A stretch of DNA of 64,000 nucleotides. It comes from Cellulomonas sp. (GTDB lineage Bacteria > Actinomycetota > Actinomycetes > Actinomycetales > Cellulomonadaceae). Where the stretch lies: positions 6,781 through 70,780 of the forward strand of contig NZ_DASUIR010000029.1 in assembly GCF_036279715.1 (NCBI RefSeq), given 5' to 3'. The notes below the pieces were generated by a model. It was not told where the DNA came from. It did not search any database and saw only the letters and a list, made by a program, of their open reading frames with translations. Numbering within the stretch: position 1 is the stretch's first letter; each line of letters starts with the position of its first letter. The position numbers and the translations under genes were made by a program. Below, in pieces: positions 9,552-24,252 of this stretch.

Positions 9552-10871
9552 TCAGCCCGCGTTGGCGACGCCGTCGTCGTAGGCCTTGCCGATGTCCGTG
9601 AGCACGGCCTGCGGCGTCTTCGACTGGTTGATCAGCGACTGGAACCCGGCGACCAGCACGTCGTAGTAGCCGGGGACCGGCCAGTCGGGGTAGAACGCGA
9701 GGCCGTCGTTGTTCAGCACGTCGTTGAACGCCGTGATGAGCTCCTGGCTCTTCGGGTCAGTGATGTCCGAGGCCTTCGCAGCGACCGGGAGCCCGCCGTT
9801 GTTGCCGAGGATGGCCTGGATCTCGGGCCGCATCGTGATGTCGATGAAGTCGTACGCGAGGTCCTTGGCCTTGGACTTCGCCGGGACGACCCAGAGGTTG
9901 CCCGACGAACCGGCGTTGAGCTTGTTGCCCGGGAAGTTGAAGATGCCCCAGTCAAAGCCCTTGATGTCGGTCGTGAACCGGCCGTACCACCAGCTGCCCG
10001 ACACGAGCATGGGCGACGTGCCGTTGATGAAGCTCAGCCCGGCGTCCTCAGCCTTGAGGCTCGCGGAGTCCGTCGCGATGTAGCCCTTCTTGACCCACTG
10101 GTCGAAGGTCTCGGCGCCGTACTTGAGCGGGTCGGCCTGGAAGTCGACCTTGCCCTTGTACATCTGGTACGAGTCGACGAACTTGCGGTCGGCCTTGCTG
10201 AGCGCGAGCTCGTAGTAGAGCTGACCGGCGGGGTATTCCGCACCGGCCATCGCGAGCGGCGTGACGCCCGCGCTCTTGAACGTGTCGAGCGCCGCCGTGA
10301 ACTCGTCGAACGTCTTCGGCACGGCGATGTTGTGCGCGGCGAACATCGCCTTGTTGTAGTAGACCGTCACGAACTCGCCGTAGTTCGGGACGCCGTACCA
10401 GTTGCCCGACCCCATGACGCCCTTGTCGTCGTAGCGTGCGGTCGTCTGCAGGCTCGGGGCGAGCTTGGTGTCCCAGCCGCGCTTCTTGGCCACGTCGGTC
10501 AGGTCGGTGAGGAGGCCCTGCGACGCGAGGAGCCCAGCGGTCGCGTTGCCCTTGTTGTACTCCATGATGTCGGGGCCCTGGTCCGAGCTGAGGACCATGC
10601 CCGCGGTCTGCTGGATCTGCTCGAACGCCTTCTGCTCGAACTCCACCTTGACGCCCGGGTGCTCGGTCTCGAAGACCTTGATCGACTCGTTCCAGGCCTT
10701 GCCCATCGCGCTGTCGGCGCCTTCGTAGTGCCACAGCTTGAGGGTCGTGGCGCCGGACGTCGCCTCCGACGTCGTCTGGGTCGAACCGCCGCCGCTGCTG
10801 CATGCTGTCAGCACGAGCGGGAGTGCCGCGATCGCGGCGATCAGTCCCAGGCGCTTGCTGTAACGCACCAT
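9552..10871 (-). CDS. carbohydrate ABC transporter substrate-binding lipoprotein
   Basis: Signal peptide with lipobox LTAC, then TLKLWHY and SBP family 1 features (GPDIME, YGVPN). AGGAGGA RBS before the ATG at 10871. Confidence 0.94.
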   Translation of the reverse strand: MVRYSKRLGLIAAIAALPLVLTACSSGGGSTQTTSEATSGATTLKLWHYEGADSAMGKAWNESIKVFETEHPGVKVEFEQKAFEQIQQTAGMVLSSDQGPDIMEYNKGNATAGLLASQGLLTDLTDVAKKRGWDTKLAPSLQTTARYDDKGVMGSGNWYGVPNYGEFVTVYYNKAMFAAHNIAVPKTFDEFTAALDTFKSAGVTPLAMAGAEYPAGQLYYELALSKADRKFVDSYQMYKGKVDFQADPLKYGAETFDQWVKKGYIATDSASLKAEDAGLSFINGTSPMLVSGSWWYGRFTTDIKGFDWGIFNFPGNKLNAGSSGNLWVVPAKSKAKDLAYDFIDITMRPEIQAILGNNGGLPVAAKASDITDPKSQELITAFNDVLNNDGLAFYPDWPVPGYYDVLVAGFQSLINQSKTPQAVLTDIGKAYDDGVANAG

Positions 10872-11027
10872 CTTCGTCCTCCTCATTGAGTGTTTCGATC
10901 GTGTCATGCGGTCCGAGGAGGCGCCCGGCATGGGCACCGCTCGGTGGACACCGCGCCAGTGCGGGCCGTCCCCCTGCGCCAGGGTCGGCTGCACGGCAAG
11001 GTGACGATGTCCCGGCCGAAGCGTTCA

Positions 11028-11041
11028 TCGAAGCGCTTCGA
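11028..11041. promoter_or_regulatory. LacI operator upstream of ABC operon
   Basis: Perfect palindrome TCGAAGCGCTTCGA. A partial second copy (CCGAAGCGTTCAT) lies at 11016. Confidence 0.75.
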
Positions 11042-11145
11042 CGATTCAAGCATGTGCCTGGAAACGTGCGCAGTCAAGTTTCGGCGGATCACCGTTCGGT
11101 CACGGTCTGGGCACACGCAAGCGAGGAGAAGCTCACCCGCCGCCG

Positions 11146-11841
11146 TCAGAAGAGGCGCGAGTCCACGTCGTCGACGCCGCGCATCGCGTCGTAGTCGAGC
11201 ACCAGGCACAGGATGCCCCGGTCGGTCGCGAGCACCCTGGCCTGCGGCTTGATCTCCTGAGCGGCGAACACCCCACGCACCGGAGCAAGGTGCGGGTCGC
11301 GGTTCAACAGCTCGAGGTACCGGGTCAGCTGCTCGACACCGTCGATGTCCCCGCGACGCTTGATCTCGACGGCCACCGCAACCCCGTCGGCGTCGCGGGC
11401 GAGGATGTCGACGGGCCCGATGGCCGTCGGGAACTCACGGCGGACCAACGTGTGGCCCGCCCCGAGCGCCCCGATCTGGGCGGCGAGCAGCTCCTGCAGG
11501 TGCGCCTCGACGCCGTCCTTCACGAGGCCCGGGTCGACGCCGAGCTCGTGCGCCGAGTCGTGCAGCACCTCGTGGACCTCGATGACGAGCCGGTCGTCGC
11601 TCTTGGTGTGCTGGACGGTCCAGACCTCCGCGGCGCCGCGCTCGGTGGCGTCGTCGTCGGGCGAGCCGATCGCGAGCGTGCACGGCGGGCTCATCCAGTT
11701 GAGCGGCTTGTAGGACCCGCCGTCGGAGTGCAGCAGGACGCTGCCGTCGGCCTTCACGAGCACGAGCCGGGTGGCCAACGGGAGATGGGCGTTAAGACGC
11801 CCGGAGTAGCGGGCGGAGCACCGCGCGACGACGAGCCGCAT
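11146..11841 (-). CDS. nucS: mismatch-specific endonuclease NucS/EndoMS
   Basis: [61 protein letters not shown]. Confidence 0.96.
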   Translation of the reverse strand: MRLVVARCSARYSGRLNAHLPLATRLVLVKADGSVLLHSDGGSYKPLNWMSPPCTLAIGSPDDDATERGAAEVWTVQHTKSDDRLVIEVHEVLHDSAHELGVDPGLVKDGVEAHLQELLAAQIGALGAGHTLVRREFPTAIGPVDILARDADGVAVAVEIKRRGDIDGVEQLTRYLELLNRDPHLAPVRGVFAAQEIKPQARVLATDRGILCLVLDYDAMRGVDDVDSRLF

Positions 11842-11856
11842 GGGCCTCTCCCCCCT

Positions 11857-12282
11857 TCAGATCACGTGGCCCGTGGCCGGCGGCGCGGCCTCGAGCCACG
11901 AGGCCAGCCCCGCATAGGCCTCGGCGGACATCAGCAGGTCGAACGCGTCGTCGTCAGTCCGACACCGCACGACGAGCTGGCCCTCGTACCCTCGCGCGTC
12001 GGCCACCGCGAGGTGCTCGATGACGAGCATGCGCGACCGCAGCCACGACCGGGTCGGACGCGGGGCCAACGACCACCAGCGCCACCAGTACAGGCTGTCG
12101 GCGCCGTACTGCCCGATTCCGGCGATCCACGGTGCGTTCGGGTCGGTCGCGCGGCTGAAGGCGCACTCGAAGGAACCGACGCGACGCGTGAGCGTCTGCA
12201 CGCGCGAAGCGCCGAGCGCAAGCACGCACAGCACGAGCACCACGACAGCGCCGAGCACGAGCGCGGCATGAGCACCCGTCAC
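11857..12282 (-). CDS. DUF2550-family protein (conserved after atpC in Actinobacteria)
   Basis: N-terminal TM, GSFEC, G.G.YGADSLYWWRWWSL, AYAGLASWLEAAPP. Confidence 0.85.
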   Translation of the reverse strand: MTGAHAALVLGAVVVLVLCVLALGASRVQTLTRRVGSFECAFSRATDPNAPWIAGIGQYGADSLYWWRWWSLAPRPTRSWLRSRMLVIEHLAVADARGYEGQLVVRCRTDDDAFDLLMSAEAYAGLASWLEAAPPATGHVI

Positions 12283-12292
12283 GGCCAGACCG

Positions 12293-12571
12293 TCAGTGCG
12301 CGGTGGTGCCAGGGGCGGCCTCGACCGAGTCCACCACGACCGTCACCTGGTCGGAGTCGACGGACAGGAACCCGCCGTCGACCATCCATCGCAGCGCCTC
12401 GCCGTCCGACGTCTTCACGCGCAGCTCGCCGCGACGCAGGATCGTCAGCACGGGCGTGTGGCCCACGAGGATGCCGATCTCGCCATCCGCGGCGGGCGCG
12501 CTCACGAGCCGGGCACGACCCGACCAGATCTTGCCGTCGGCGGCGACCAGGTCGACCTCGAGGTCTGCCAT
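12293..12571 (-). CDS. atpC: ATP synthase epsilon subunit (short, 92 aa)
   Basis: LEVDLVAAD..IWSG, GEIGILVGHTP, VDGGFLSVD; position after atpD. Confidence 0.93.
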   Translation of the reverse strand: MADLEVDLVAADGKIWSGRARLVSAPAADGEIGILVGHTPVLTILRRGELRVKTSDGEALRWMVDGGFLSVDSDQVTVVVDSVEAAPGTTAH

Positions 12572-12630
12572 GCGGGACTCCTTAGGGATCGGGAGCGCGA
12601 GCTCCGGGACGGGATCGAGGGCCTCCGAGG

Positions 12631-14190
<1,560 letters not shown>

Positions 14191-15084
14191 TCAGGAGGCG
14201 AGTGCGTCGGCGCCCGACACGATCTCGCTGATCTCCTGGGTGATCTCGGACTGCCGCGCCTGGTTCGCCAGTCTGGTGTACAGGCGGATGAGCTCTTCGG
14301 CATTGTCGGTCGCAGTGTGCATCGCTCGTTGCCGGGCCGCGAGCTCGGACGCTGCCGCCTGCAGCATGCAGGAGTAGATGCGGCTCCGCACGTAGCGCGG
14401 GAGCAGCGAGTCGAGCACCGCCTCCGGGCTCGGCTCGAACTCGTAGAGCGGGAGCACCTCGTTCGTGCCGACCGGCGCGACGCCCTCGACGACCTCGAGC
14501 GGCAGCATCCGGATCACTCGGGGGCGCTGGGTCACCATGTTGACGAACTGCGTGTAGACGACGTGCAGCTCGCCCACGCCGCCCTCGTCCGCGGGCGCCT
14601 GGAAGGCCTCGAGCAGCACACTCGCGATCTCGTCGGCCACCTCGACATCCGGCGCGTCCGAACCGCCCGTCCACTGCGCCGTCAGCGCACGCCGACGGAA
14701 CGAGTAGTACGAGACCGCGCGGCGCCCGAACACGTACAGCGCGACCTCCTTGCCGGCGGCCTCGAGCCGCTCGACCAGGCGCTCTGCCTCACGGATGGCA
14801 CTCGCGGAGTACGCGCCCGCCATCCCGCGGTCGGACGCCACGAGCAGCACCGCGACCCGGTTCGTGTCGCTGCGCTGGGAGAGCAGCGGGTGCGACACGG
14901 TCGAGTGCGTTGCGAGCGCCGAGACGGCGTGCGTGATCGCCCGCGAGGCAGGCGTCGCGTGGTGCATGCGGTCGCGCGCACGTCCGATCCGCGACGCAGC
15001 GATCAGCTCCTGGGCGCGGAACATCTTCTTCAGCGCCTGGGTCGACTTGATGCGCTGCTTGTAGACGCGCTGGGTACCGGCCAT
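14191..15084 (-). CDS. atpG: ATP synthase gamma subunit
   Basis: [35 protein letters not shown]. Confidence 0.98.
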   Translation of the reverse strand: MAGTQRVYKQRIKSTQALKKMFRAQELIAASRIGRARDRMHHATPASRAITHAVSALATHSTVSHPLLSQRSDTNRVAVLLVASDRGMAGAYSASAIREAERLVERLEAAGKEVALYVFGRRAVSYYSFRRRALTAQWTGGSDAPDVEVADEIASVLLEAFQAPADEGGVGELHVVYTQFVNMVTQRPRVIRMLPLEVVEGVAPVGTNEVLPLYEFEPSPEAVLDSLLPRYVRSRIYSCMLQAAASELAARQRAMHTATDNAEELIRLYTRLANQARQSEITQEISEIVSGADALAS

Positions 15085-15086
15085 CC

Positions 15087-16715
15087 TCAGGCCTTCTTCT
15101 GCCGGACGATCTGCTCCTGGTCGATCTGCACTGCCTCGTCGGCGGCGTCGGCACCGACGAGTGGCGTCCCGTCGCCCGTGAGGAAGCCGTTACGGAAGTC
15201 GTCGACCCCCGCGCCCAGCGCCGCCTCGGTGGCGGCCTCGAGCTTGCCCGACGACGCGATCGTCGTCAGGACGTCGCTGTTGCGCCGCAGGTGGTCCAGC
15301 AGCTCCGTCTCGAACCGACGGACGTCGGCGATCGGGACGTCGTCGAGCTTGCCCTTGGTGCCCGCCCAGATGGACGCGACCTGGTCCTCGACCGGGTAGG
15401 GGTTGAACTGCCCCTGCTTGAGCAGCTCCATGAGGCGGGCGCCACGCGTCAGCTGAGCGCGGGAGGCAGCGTCGAGGTCGGAGGCGAACATCGCAAAGGC
15501 CTCGAGCGACCGGAACTGCGCGAGGTCGAGCTTGAGCGTGCCGGAGACCTGCTTCATGGCCTTGACCTGGGCCGCGCCACCGACGCGCGAGACCGAGATG
15601 CCGACGTCGACGGCCGGCCGCTGGTCGGCGTTGAACAGGTCCGACTGCAGGAAGATCTGGCCGTCGGTGATCGAGATGACGTTCGTCGGGATGTACGCCG
15701 ACACGTCGTTGGCCTTGGTCTCGATGACCGGCAGACCCGTCATCGAGCCGGCGCCGAGAGCGTCCGAGAGCTTGGCACAACGCTCGAGCAGGCGGGAGTG
15801 CAGGTAGAACACGTCGCCGGGGTAGGCCTCGCGGCCCGGCGGGCGACGCAGCAGCAGCGACACCGCACGGTAGGCCTCGGCCTGCTTGGACAGGTCGTCG
15901 AAGACGATGAGGACGTGCTTGCCCTCGTACATCCAGTGCTGGCCGATGGCTGAACCGGTGTACGGCGCGAGGTACTTGAAGCCCGCGGGGTCGGATGCGG
16001 GAGCCGCGACGATGGTCGTGTACTCGAGCGCTCCGGCCTCTTCGAGCGAGGCACGCACGGCCGCGATCGTCGAGCCCTTCTGGCCGATCGCGACGTAGAT
16101 GCAGCGGACCTGCTGCTGGGGGTCGCCGGTCGCCCAGTTGGCCTTCTGGTTGATGATCGTGTCGATCGCGATCGCGGTCTTCCCGGTCTGGCGGTCGCCG
16201 ATGATGAGCTGGCGCTGGCCGCGACCGATCGGGATCATCGCGTCGATGGCCTTGAGGCCGGTCTGCAGGGGCTCGTGGACGCTCTTGCGGTCCATGACGC
16301 CGGGCGCCTGCAGCTCGAGCGCGCGCCGGCTGTGGGTCTCCACGTCGCCGAGGCCGTCGATGGGGTGGCCGAGCGGGTCGACGACCCGGCCGAGGTAGCC
16401 GTCGCCGACCGGGACCGAGAGGACCTCTCCGGTCCGGCGGACCTCCTGGCCCTCCTCGATGCCGGTGAACTCGCCGAGGACGACGACACCGATCTCACGG
16501 ACGTCGAGGTTCAGCGCAAGGCCGAGCGTGCCGTCCTCGAAGCGCAGCAGCTCGTTGGCCATCGCGCCCGGGAGGCCCTCGACCTGCGCGATGCCGTCAC
16601 CGGCGAGGCTGACGCGGCCCACCTCCTCGGAGACAGCTCGGGTCGGCTCGTAGGACTTCACGAAGCTGTCCAGCGCAGCGCGGATGTCCTCCGGCCGGAT
16701 CGTCAGCTCAGCCAT
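15087..16715 (-). CDS. atpA: ATP synthase alpha subunit
   Basis: [30 protein letters not shown]. Start MAELTIRP at 16715. Confidence 0.99.
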   Translation of the reverse strand: MAELTIRPEDIRAALDSFVKSYEPTRAVSEEVGRVSLAGDGIAQVEGLPGAMANELLRFEDGTLGLALNLDVREIGVVVLGEFTGIEEGQEVRRTGEVLSVPVGDGYLGRVVDPLGHPIDGLGDVETHSRRALELQAPGVMDRKSVHEPLQTGLKAIDAMIPIGRGQRQLIIGDRQTGKTAIAIDTIINQKANWATGDPQQQVRCIYVAIGQKGSTIAAVRASLEEAGALEYTTIVAAPASDPAGFKYLAPYTGSAIGQHWMYEGKHVLIVFDDLSKQAEAYRAVSLLLRRPPGREAYPGDVFYLHSRLLERCAKLSDALGAGSMTGLPVIETKANDVSAYIPTNVISITDGQIFLQSDLFNADQRPAVDVGISVSRVGGAAQVKAMKQVSGTLKLDLAQFRSLEAFAMFASDLDAASRAQLTRGARLMELLKQGQFNPYPVEDQVASIWAGTKGKLDDVPIADVRRFETELLDHLRRNSDVLTTIASSGKLEAATEAALGAGVDDFRNGFLTGDGTPLVGADAADEAVQIDQEQIVRQKKA

Positions 16716-16793
16716 TGCTCTTCTCCTGTCGTGGCGCACGCGGTGCGTACGGTCATACGTGTTCGTGGGACGTCGCGCGCGGCGCGCGGCGCG

Positions 16794-17605
16794 TCAGCTG
16801 GCAAGTTGTCGTCGAGCATCGGCAAGGCGGGCGAAGACTGTCGAGTCGATCACGTCGGGCCCGACCTGGACCCGGAGCCCACCGACCACGTCGGGAGCCA
16901 CGATCACGTTGAGCTGGATGGCGCGGCCGTAGGTCGCGGCGAGCACCTCGAGCAGGCGATCGCGCTGGGCTGGGCTCAGGTCCGACGCGGAGGTCACGGT
17001 CGCCACCTGGCGGCTGCGACGGTCCGCGACGAGGTCGCCGACGTAGCCGAGGGTCGCGACGTAGCGGCGCCCACGGGGTGCCGCCGCGGCGCGCCGGGCC
17101 ACGACCTGGGTCGCGGCCGTCCCCTGACCGCCGAGCAGCCGGTCGACCAGGGCGACACGTCCGACCGCCTGGATCCGCGGCTCGTACAGCCCGCGGCGCA
17201 GCTCACGCTGACCGGCAAGGGCCCGCGTGATGCGGAACAGCTCCTCTTCGACCTTCTGCAGACCGCCGTCGCTCTCGGCGGACGCGAGCACGGCGTGGAA
17301 CGCGAGCTCCTCCGCCGCGTCGCCCAGGTCGCCGTCGTGCGACCACCGTGAGCCGACGAGGTCACGCACCAGCTCGACCGTGCGCGGGTCCGCCGCCGTG
17401 AGCAGACGCGCGGCAAGCGCGCCCTTCGCGTCGGCGTCGACCGACGGGTCGGTCAGCGTGCGCCGCAACGACGCGGAGGAGTCCAGGGCGTCGACGAAGG
17501 CGAAGAGCTCCTCGCCCAACGTCAGCGCCTCCGCGCCCGCAGCGCTCAGGACCGGCTCGAACCGGTCCCGGGCCGACTGCAGCGACGCCCGACTCGTGCC
17601 GCGCA

Positions 17606-17606
<1 letters not shown>
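16794..17606 (-). CDS. atpH: ATP synthase delta subunit (long actinobacterial type)
   Basis: MRGTSRASL, LRRTLTDP, VVGGLRVQVGPDVIDST; operon position. Confidence 0.96.
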
Positions 17607-19318
<1,712 letters not shown>

Positions 19319-19427
19319 CGCAAGGCTGGACAGTGCGTACTCCGAGTCGTCAGCGGTGCCGCACGACCGCGTCTCTGCGGGCACGCCGTCGTCACCTGGC
19401 GGTCATGGATGTGAGTGAGAGCCTAAC

Positions 19428-19913
19428 CTATGAGCCGCCCTGCACCGGACCGGCGTCGGCCTGCCGAGCGCCCGGTTCGACGTACGGAACCCGCCCCCGA
19501 CTGACGGCGCGGTAGTCGAGGACCGCCGACCCGACGACCCCGACCAGGAGCACGACAGCGAGCATCGGCTTGTCGTAGAAGTCCCGGTCCTGGAGGAGCG
19601 CGAGGGCGACGATCACGACAAGGACCTTGCCCAGCCACGCTCCCAGGACGACCGCCGCGAGTCGCTGCACGCTCGCGCGCGCGGTGACGAGCATCGAGAC
19701 GATCGTCGTCCCGGAGAAGACCAGCGCCAGACCCACCCCGATCAGGGCGCCCCACACCCCGGGCCGGCCGGCCACGAGGGCGCCGGCCCCGACGCCCAGC
19801 ACGGCGAGCGCGGCCAGGAGCACGATCATGTCCCGGAGCGCACGCCGGAAGACTGCAGCGGCCGCTGAGGAGGGCACGGGCGGCACGGCGGGCTGGCGTG
19901 GTTCGGTGGTCAT
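19428..19913 (-). CDS. AtpI-like membrane protein
   Basis: Four hydrophobic segments, ending GRVPYVEP. Lies between wecA and atpB; the ATG overlaps the upstream stop. Confidence 0.8.
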   Translation of the reverse strand: MTTEPRQPAVPPVPSSAAAAVFRRALRDMIVLLAALAVLGVGAGALVAGRPGVWGALIGVGLALVFSGTTIVSMLVTARASVQRLAAVVLGAWLGKVLVVIVALALLQDRDFYDKPMLAVVLLVGVVGSAVLDYRAVSRGRVPYVEPGARQADAGPVQGGS

Positions 19914-21025
19914 CTGACGGTCTCCGGGGTGGGGGCGACGCGTGCGCCGCGCAGTGGGCCGAGCGTGAGCAGGGCCGCGACGACGATGCCGACGCCGAGG
20001 GCAACGAATGCGACGGTCGTCGAGAATTTGACGAGCGCCGCGGCGCCGAAGGCGAAGACGGCGGTCCAGACGTACATGATCGCCACTGCCCGCCGGTGCG
20101 AGTGGCCGAGCGCGAGCAGCCGGTGGTGCAGGTGCATGCGGTCGGGGTGGAACGGCGACCTGCCGGCACCGACGCGCCTGACGACGGCGAGGACCATGTC
20201 GAGGAGCGGGAGCACGAGGACCGCGAGCGGAAGCAGGATCGGGATGAACGCGGGGATCTGCTGGCGGGGCAGCACCACCGTCACGTCGATCTGACCCGTC
20301 ACGGTGATGGCTGCGGCGGCGATGACGAGCCCGAGGAGCATCGACCCGGAGTCGCCCATGAAGATCCGGGCAGGGTACAGGTTGTGCGGCAGGAACCCGA
20401 GGCATGCACCGACGAGCACCGCAAGGGTGAGCGTCGCAAAGCTCGAGTAGTCCCCCGGGCTCGCGCCGCGCGTCAGGAGGTAGGAGTACAGGAAGAACGC
20501 GGTGCCGCCGATCGCGATCACGCCCGCCGCGAGCCCGTCGAGGCCGTCGACGAAGTTCACCGCGTTCATGGCGACCACGACCGTGAGGACCGTCAGGGCG
20601 AGCCACATCCGTTGGGAGCCGATGAGCACGCCGGCGATCGGCAGCTGGAAGAGCTGGATGCCGTTCCAGGCCATGAACCCGGCCGCGAGCACCTGGCCCA
20701 TGAGCTTGGTGATCCAGTCGAGGTCCCAGATGTCGTCGGCGACCCCGAGCAGGCAGACGAGCGTCGCGCCGCCGACGACGCCCCACACCGGCCGCGGGTT
20801 CGTGAAGACGCCGCTCAGGAACGGGAGCCGCGACGCCATGGCGAGGGCCGCGAGGATGCCGGCGAGCATCGCGAGCCCTCCGAGCCGGGGGGTCGGGATC
20901 GAGTGCACGTCACGGTCCCGCACCGCAGTGATCGCGCCCCAGCGCAGCGCGCACCAGCGTGCCAGCGGCGTCAGCAGGTACGTCACCGCGGCCGCGATGG
21001 CCATGACGAGCAGATAGACCCTCAC
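19910..21025 (-). CDS. WecA/TagO (MraY-like GT4) undecaprenyl-phosphate GlcNAc-1-P transferase
   Basis: PTPRLGG, GVADDIW, NAVNFVDGLDGLA, IFMGDSGS, HLHHRL. Confidence 0.93.
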   Translation of the reverse strand: MRVYLLVMAIAAAVTYLLTPLARWCALRWGAITAVRDRDVHSIPTPRLGGLAMLAGILAALAMASRLPFLSGVFTNPRPVWGVVGGATLVCLLGVADDIWDLDWITKLMGQVLAAGFMAWNGIQLFQLPIAGVLIGSQRMWLALTVLTVVVAMNAVNFVDGLDGLAAGVIAIGGTAFFLYSYLLTRGASPGDYSSFATLTLAVLVGACLGFLPHNLYPARIFMGDSGSMLLGLVIAAAAITVTGQIDVTVVLPRQQIPAFIPILLPLAVLVLPLLDMVLAVVRRVGAGRSPFHPDRMHLHHRLLALGHSHRRAVAIMYVWTAVFAFGAAALVKFSTTVAFVALGVGIVVAALLTLGPLRGARVAPTPETVR

Positions 21026-21726
21026 CGGTCGAGGTCACCCGGCACAGGTCCCGCGTCGTCCGGGGCGGCTTCGGCGGGGTCGGCGTCCTCGACCGGGGCC
21101 ACCGCCCGCAGGGCCTCGAGAGAGATCGCGCCCGGCCGCACGATGCGCAGGACGTCGCCGGTCGCGTCGACGATCGTCGACGCGACACCGCCAGGCGCCT
21201 CACCGCCGTCGAGGAAGACCGGCACGGCGGCACCGAGCTGCGTATACGCCTCGTCGACCGTGCGACCTGCGGCTCGACCCGTGCGGTTGGCGCTCGACAC
21301 CGCGAGCGGGCCCGTCCGGCGAAGCAGTGCGAGGGCGACCGGGTGGTCCGGCACGCGCAGTGCGACCGTGCCGTGGGTCTCGCCCAGGTCCCACGCGAGC
21401 GACGGCTGCGCGCGCACGATGAGCGTGAGACCACCGGGCCAGAACGCCTCGGCGAGGGCCCGCGCGGAGGCAGGCACGTCGGTCGCGAGCCCGTCGAGCG
21501 TGCGCACGTCCGGCATCAGCACGGGTGGCGGAATCTGGCGACCGCGACCCTTCGCGTCGAGGAGCGCCTGGACGGCGGACGGCGTGAACGCGTCGGCCGC
21601 GATCCCGTAGACCGTGTCGGTCGGGAGGACGACGAGGTCACCACGCGAGATCGCGTGCACCGCCTCGTCGATCGCAGGGCCCCACGTCGTGGGGTCCGTG
21701 GCGTCCTTGATCCGGGTGAGGCTCAC
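21022..21726 (-). CDS. tsaC: threonylcarbamoyl-AMP synthase (Sua5/YrdC)
   Basis: PTDTVYG, KGRGR, PGGLTL, LAVSSAN, STIVD. Confidence 0.94.
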   Translation of the reverse strand: MSLTRIKDATDPTTWGPAIDEAVHAISRGDLVVLPTDTVYGIAADAFTPSAVQALLDAKGRGRQIPPPVLMPDVRTLDGLATDVPASARALAEAFWPGGLTLIVRAQPSLAWDLGETHGTVALRVPDHPVALALLRRTGPLAVSSANRTGRAAGRTVDEAYTQLGAAVPVFLDGGEAPGGVASTIVDATGDVLRIVRPGAISLEALRAVAPVEDADPAEAAPDDAGPVPGDLDR

Positions 21727-22682
21727 GCGTGCGAGTCTCCCACGACGTCCGCACGGGCGGGTTCACCGGAGCCGGACGGGGTCGGCACCGCGCTCGCGTC
21801 GAGGGTGCGCCGGGCAACGACCATGCGAGGCCGCCCCGTGAGGTCGGCGCAGGTCCGGACGTCGTCGAACCCCCCGGTCGAGCGCACGAGGTCGAGCGCC
21901 GCCGCGGCCTGCACCTCGGCGTGCTCCATGACGAAGAGGCCGCCGGGTCGCAGCAGTCGAGCAGCCGCAGCCGCAATGCCGCGCGGCACCTCGAGGCCGT
22001 CGCGGCCCAGGCCGTACAGCGCGACGGCCGGGTCGTGCTGCGCGACCTCCGGGTCGACGGGGACCGCGCCCGGCGGCACGTACGGCGGGTTCGACACCAC
22101 GACGTCGAGCGTCCCGTCGAGCTCGCCGAGCGCGGTGCGCGCATCCCCACGGACGAGCCGCACGTCGAGCCCCGAGGCGGCCACGTTGCGCGCCGCCCAG
22201 TCGTGCGCGACGCGGTCCAGCTCGACGGCGTGCACGACGGCGCCAGGCACCTCGTGCGCGAGCGCGAGTGCGATCGCGCCGGAGCCGGTGCACAGGTCCG
22301 CCACGAGGACCGACCCGGCACGCGCTGCGACGGCGTGCGCCTCGGCGATCGCCACCTCGGCCACCTGCTCGGTCTCCGGGCGCGGGACGAACACTCCCGG
22401 CCCGACCGCGAGCTCGAGACCACGGAACGGTGCGAGGCCCGTCAGGTGCTGGAGCGGTTCGCGCGCCGCGCGTCTGGCCACGAGCTCGGCGAGCCCGTCG
22501 GGAGCGGGGCGACCAAGGATCGCCGCCGCCTGGACCTGCCCGCGGCTGACCGTGGCCCCGGTCACGGCGCCCATCAGGTGCGCGGCGAGGAGCTCGGCGT
22601 CGACCCGGGGGCTCGGGACGCCCGCTCCCGCGAGCAGCGCCTCGGCTGCACGCAGCTCCTCGGCGAGGGAACGGCCGGTCAT
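21723..22682 (-). CDS. prmC: release factor glutamine methyltransferase
   Basis: [24 protein letters not shown]. Confidence 0.97.
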   Translation of the reverse strand: MTGRSLAEELRAAEALLAGAGVPSPRVDAELLAAHLMGAVTGATVSRGQVQAAAILGRPAPDGLAELVARRAAREPLQHLTGLAPFRGLELAVGPGVFVPRPETEQVAEVAIAEAHAVAARAGSVLVADLCTGSGAIALALAHEVPGAVVHAVELDRVAHDWAARNVAASGLDVRLVRGDARTALGELDGTLDVVVSNPPYVPPGAVPVDPEVAQHDPAVALYGLGRDGLEVPRGIAAAAARLLRPGGLFVMEHAEVQAAAALDLVRSTGGFDDVRTCADLTGRPRMVVARRTLDASAVPTPSGSGEPARADVVGDSHA

Positions 22683-23767
22683 GAGCCCGCGGCCGCCAGC
22701 TGGGCGGCCTCGTCGGCGTCGATCGCCGACCGCACGACCGGGTCGAGGTCGCCGTCGAGCACCGCGTCGAGGTTGTACGCCTTGTAGCCCGTGCGGTGGT
22801 CCGCGATGCGGTTCTCGGGGTAGTTGTACGTGCGGATCCGCTCGGACCGGTCGACCGTCCGCACCTGCGAGCGGCGCGCCTCGCTGGCGGCCGCGGCGGC
22901 CTCCTCCTGCTTGGCGGCGAGCAGCCGCGCACGCAGCACGCGCATGGCCTGCTCGCGGTTCTGCAGCTGCGACTTCTCGTTCTGCATCGACACCGTGATG
23001 CCGGTCGGCAGGTGCGTGATGCGCACGGCCGAGTCGGTCGTGTTGACCGACTGCCCGCCGGGTCCCGACGACCGGTACACGTCGATCCGCAGGTCGTTCT
23101 GGTCGATCGCCACCTCGGCGTCGTCCTCGGGCTCGGGCAGGACGAGCACACCGGCGGCCGACGTGTGGATGCGCCCCTGCGACTCCGTGACGGGCACCCG
23201 CTGCACGCGGTGGACGCCGCCCTCGTACTTGAGGCTCGCCCAGACGCCCTGCGCGGCATCGGCAAGCGTGCCGCGGGACTTCACCGCGACGTGCACGTCC
23301 TTGTAGCCGCCGAGGTCGGACTCGGTCGACTCGATGATCTCGGTGCTCCAGCCCCGCCGCTCGGCGTAGCGCAGGTACATCCGCAGCAGGTCACCCGCGA
23401 ACAGCGCCGACTCCTCGCCGCCCTCGCCCGCCTTGATCTCGAGGATCACGTCGCGGCCGTCGTCGGGGTCGCGAGGGACCAGGACGCGTCGTAACCGCTC
23501 GGCCGCCGCGTCGGCGGCGTCCCGCAGGCTCGGCAGCTCCGCGGCGAACGCTGCGTCGGTCTCGGCCAGCTCCGTGGCGTCCTCGACGTCGTCGGCGGCA
23601 GCCCGCCAGGCGCGGTAGGCCGCGACGACCTGGCCCAGCTCGGCGTACCGCCGTCCGAGCTTGCGGGCGCGCGCGGCATCCGCGTGGACCTCGGGGGCGG
23701 ACAGCTGGCTCTCGATCATGGCGTGCTCGGCGAGCAACGGCTCCGCCGCGGCGAACGGGTTGCTCAT
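22679..23767 (-). CDS. prfA: peptide chain release factor 1
   Basis: GGQ motif ([17 protein letters not shown]), PVT anticodon motif, RIRTYNYPE. Confidence 0.99.
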   Translation of the reverse strand: MSNPFAAAEPLLAEHAMIESQLSAPEVHADAARARKLGRRYAELGQVVAAYRAWRAAADDVEDATELAETDAAFAAELPSLRDAADAAAERLRRVLVPRDPDDGRDVILEIKAGEGGEESALFAGDLLRMYLRYAERRGWSTEIIESTESDLGGYKDVHVAVKSRGTLADAAQGVWASLKYEGGVHRVQRVPVTESQGRIHTSAAGVLVLPEPEDDAEVAIDQNDLRIDVYRSSGPGGQSVNTTDSAVRITHLPTGITVSMQNEKSQLQNREQAMRVLRARLLAAKQEEAAAAASEARRSQVRTVDRSERIRTYNYPENRIADHRTGYKAYNLDAVLDGDLDPVVRSAIDADEAAQLAAAGS

Positions 23768-23819
23768 GCGGGGGACCTCCAGGGTCCGGGTGCTGCGGGG
23801 GGCGTGCAGACAAACGAAC

Positions 23820-23878
23820 AGCGCCGGTGCCCTGCGGACGCTGCCATGGAGGGCAGCCGTCCGCCGGGCACCGGCGCT
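23820..23878 (-). terminator. long hairpin downstream of rpmE
   Basis: AGCGCCGGTGCCC..GCGGACG-CTGCC / GGCAG..CGTCCGC..GGGCACCGGCGCT, followed on the minus strand by TGTTCGTTTGT. Confidence 0.8.
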
Positions 23879-23887
23879 GTGAGGTCG

Positions 23888-24106
23888 CTAGCTGGCGGCG
23901 GTCTTCTTGCCGTAGCGCGCCTCGAACCGGGCCACACGGCCACCGGTGTCGAGAATCTTCTGCTTGCCCGTGTAGAACGGGTGGCAGGCGCTGCAGACGT
24001 CGGCACGGATCTCGCCCGACTTCTGGGTCGACCGCGTGGTGAACGTGTTGCCACACGTGCAGGTGACCTGGGTCACCACGTACGGCGGGTGGATGTCCTT
24101 CTTCAC
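23888..24106 (-). CDS. rpmE: 50S ribosomal protein L31 (zinc-binding, C+ type)
   Basis: [28 protein letters not shown] start at 24106 after an RBS. Confidence 0.98.
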   Translation of the reverse strand: MKKDIHPPYVVTQVTCTCGNTFTTRSTQKSGEIRADVCSACHPFYTGKQKILDTGGRVARFEARYGKKTAAS

Positions 24107-24252
24107 AGAAACTCTCCTCGATGGGTTGTCCCCGGGTCGCGAGCGAGTACCGCTCACGTGAACCGCGAACCGACGGATCATTGTGCCAGAACCGCGCGGG
24201 GCGCCGAAACCTTCCCGGTCGACCCGCCCGATCCCGTCGCGCGCAGTCGTGC

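Noticed and set aside
11146-11841. NucS as a novel defence nuclease
   Set aside because: It is the established actinobacterial mismatch-repair endonuclease in its usual position after atpC-DUF2550.
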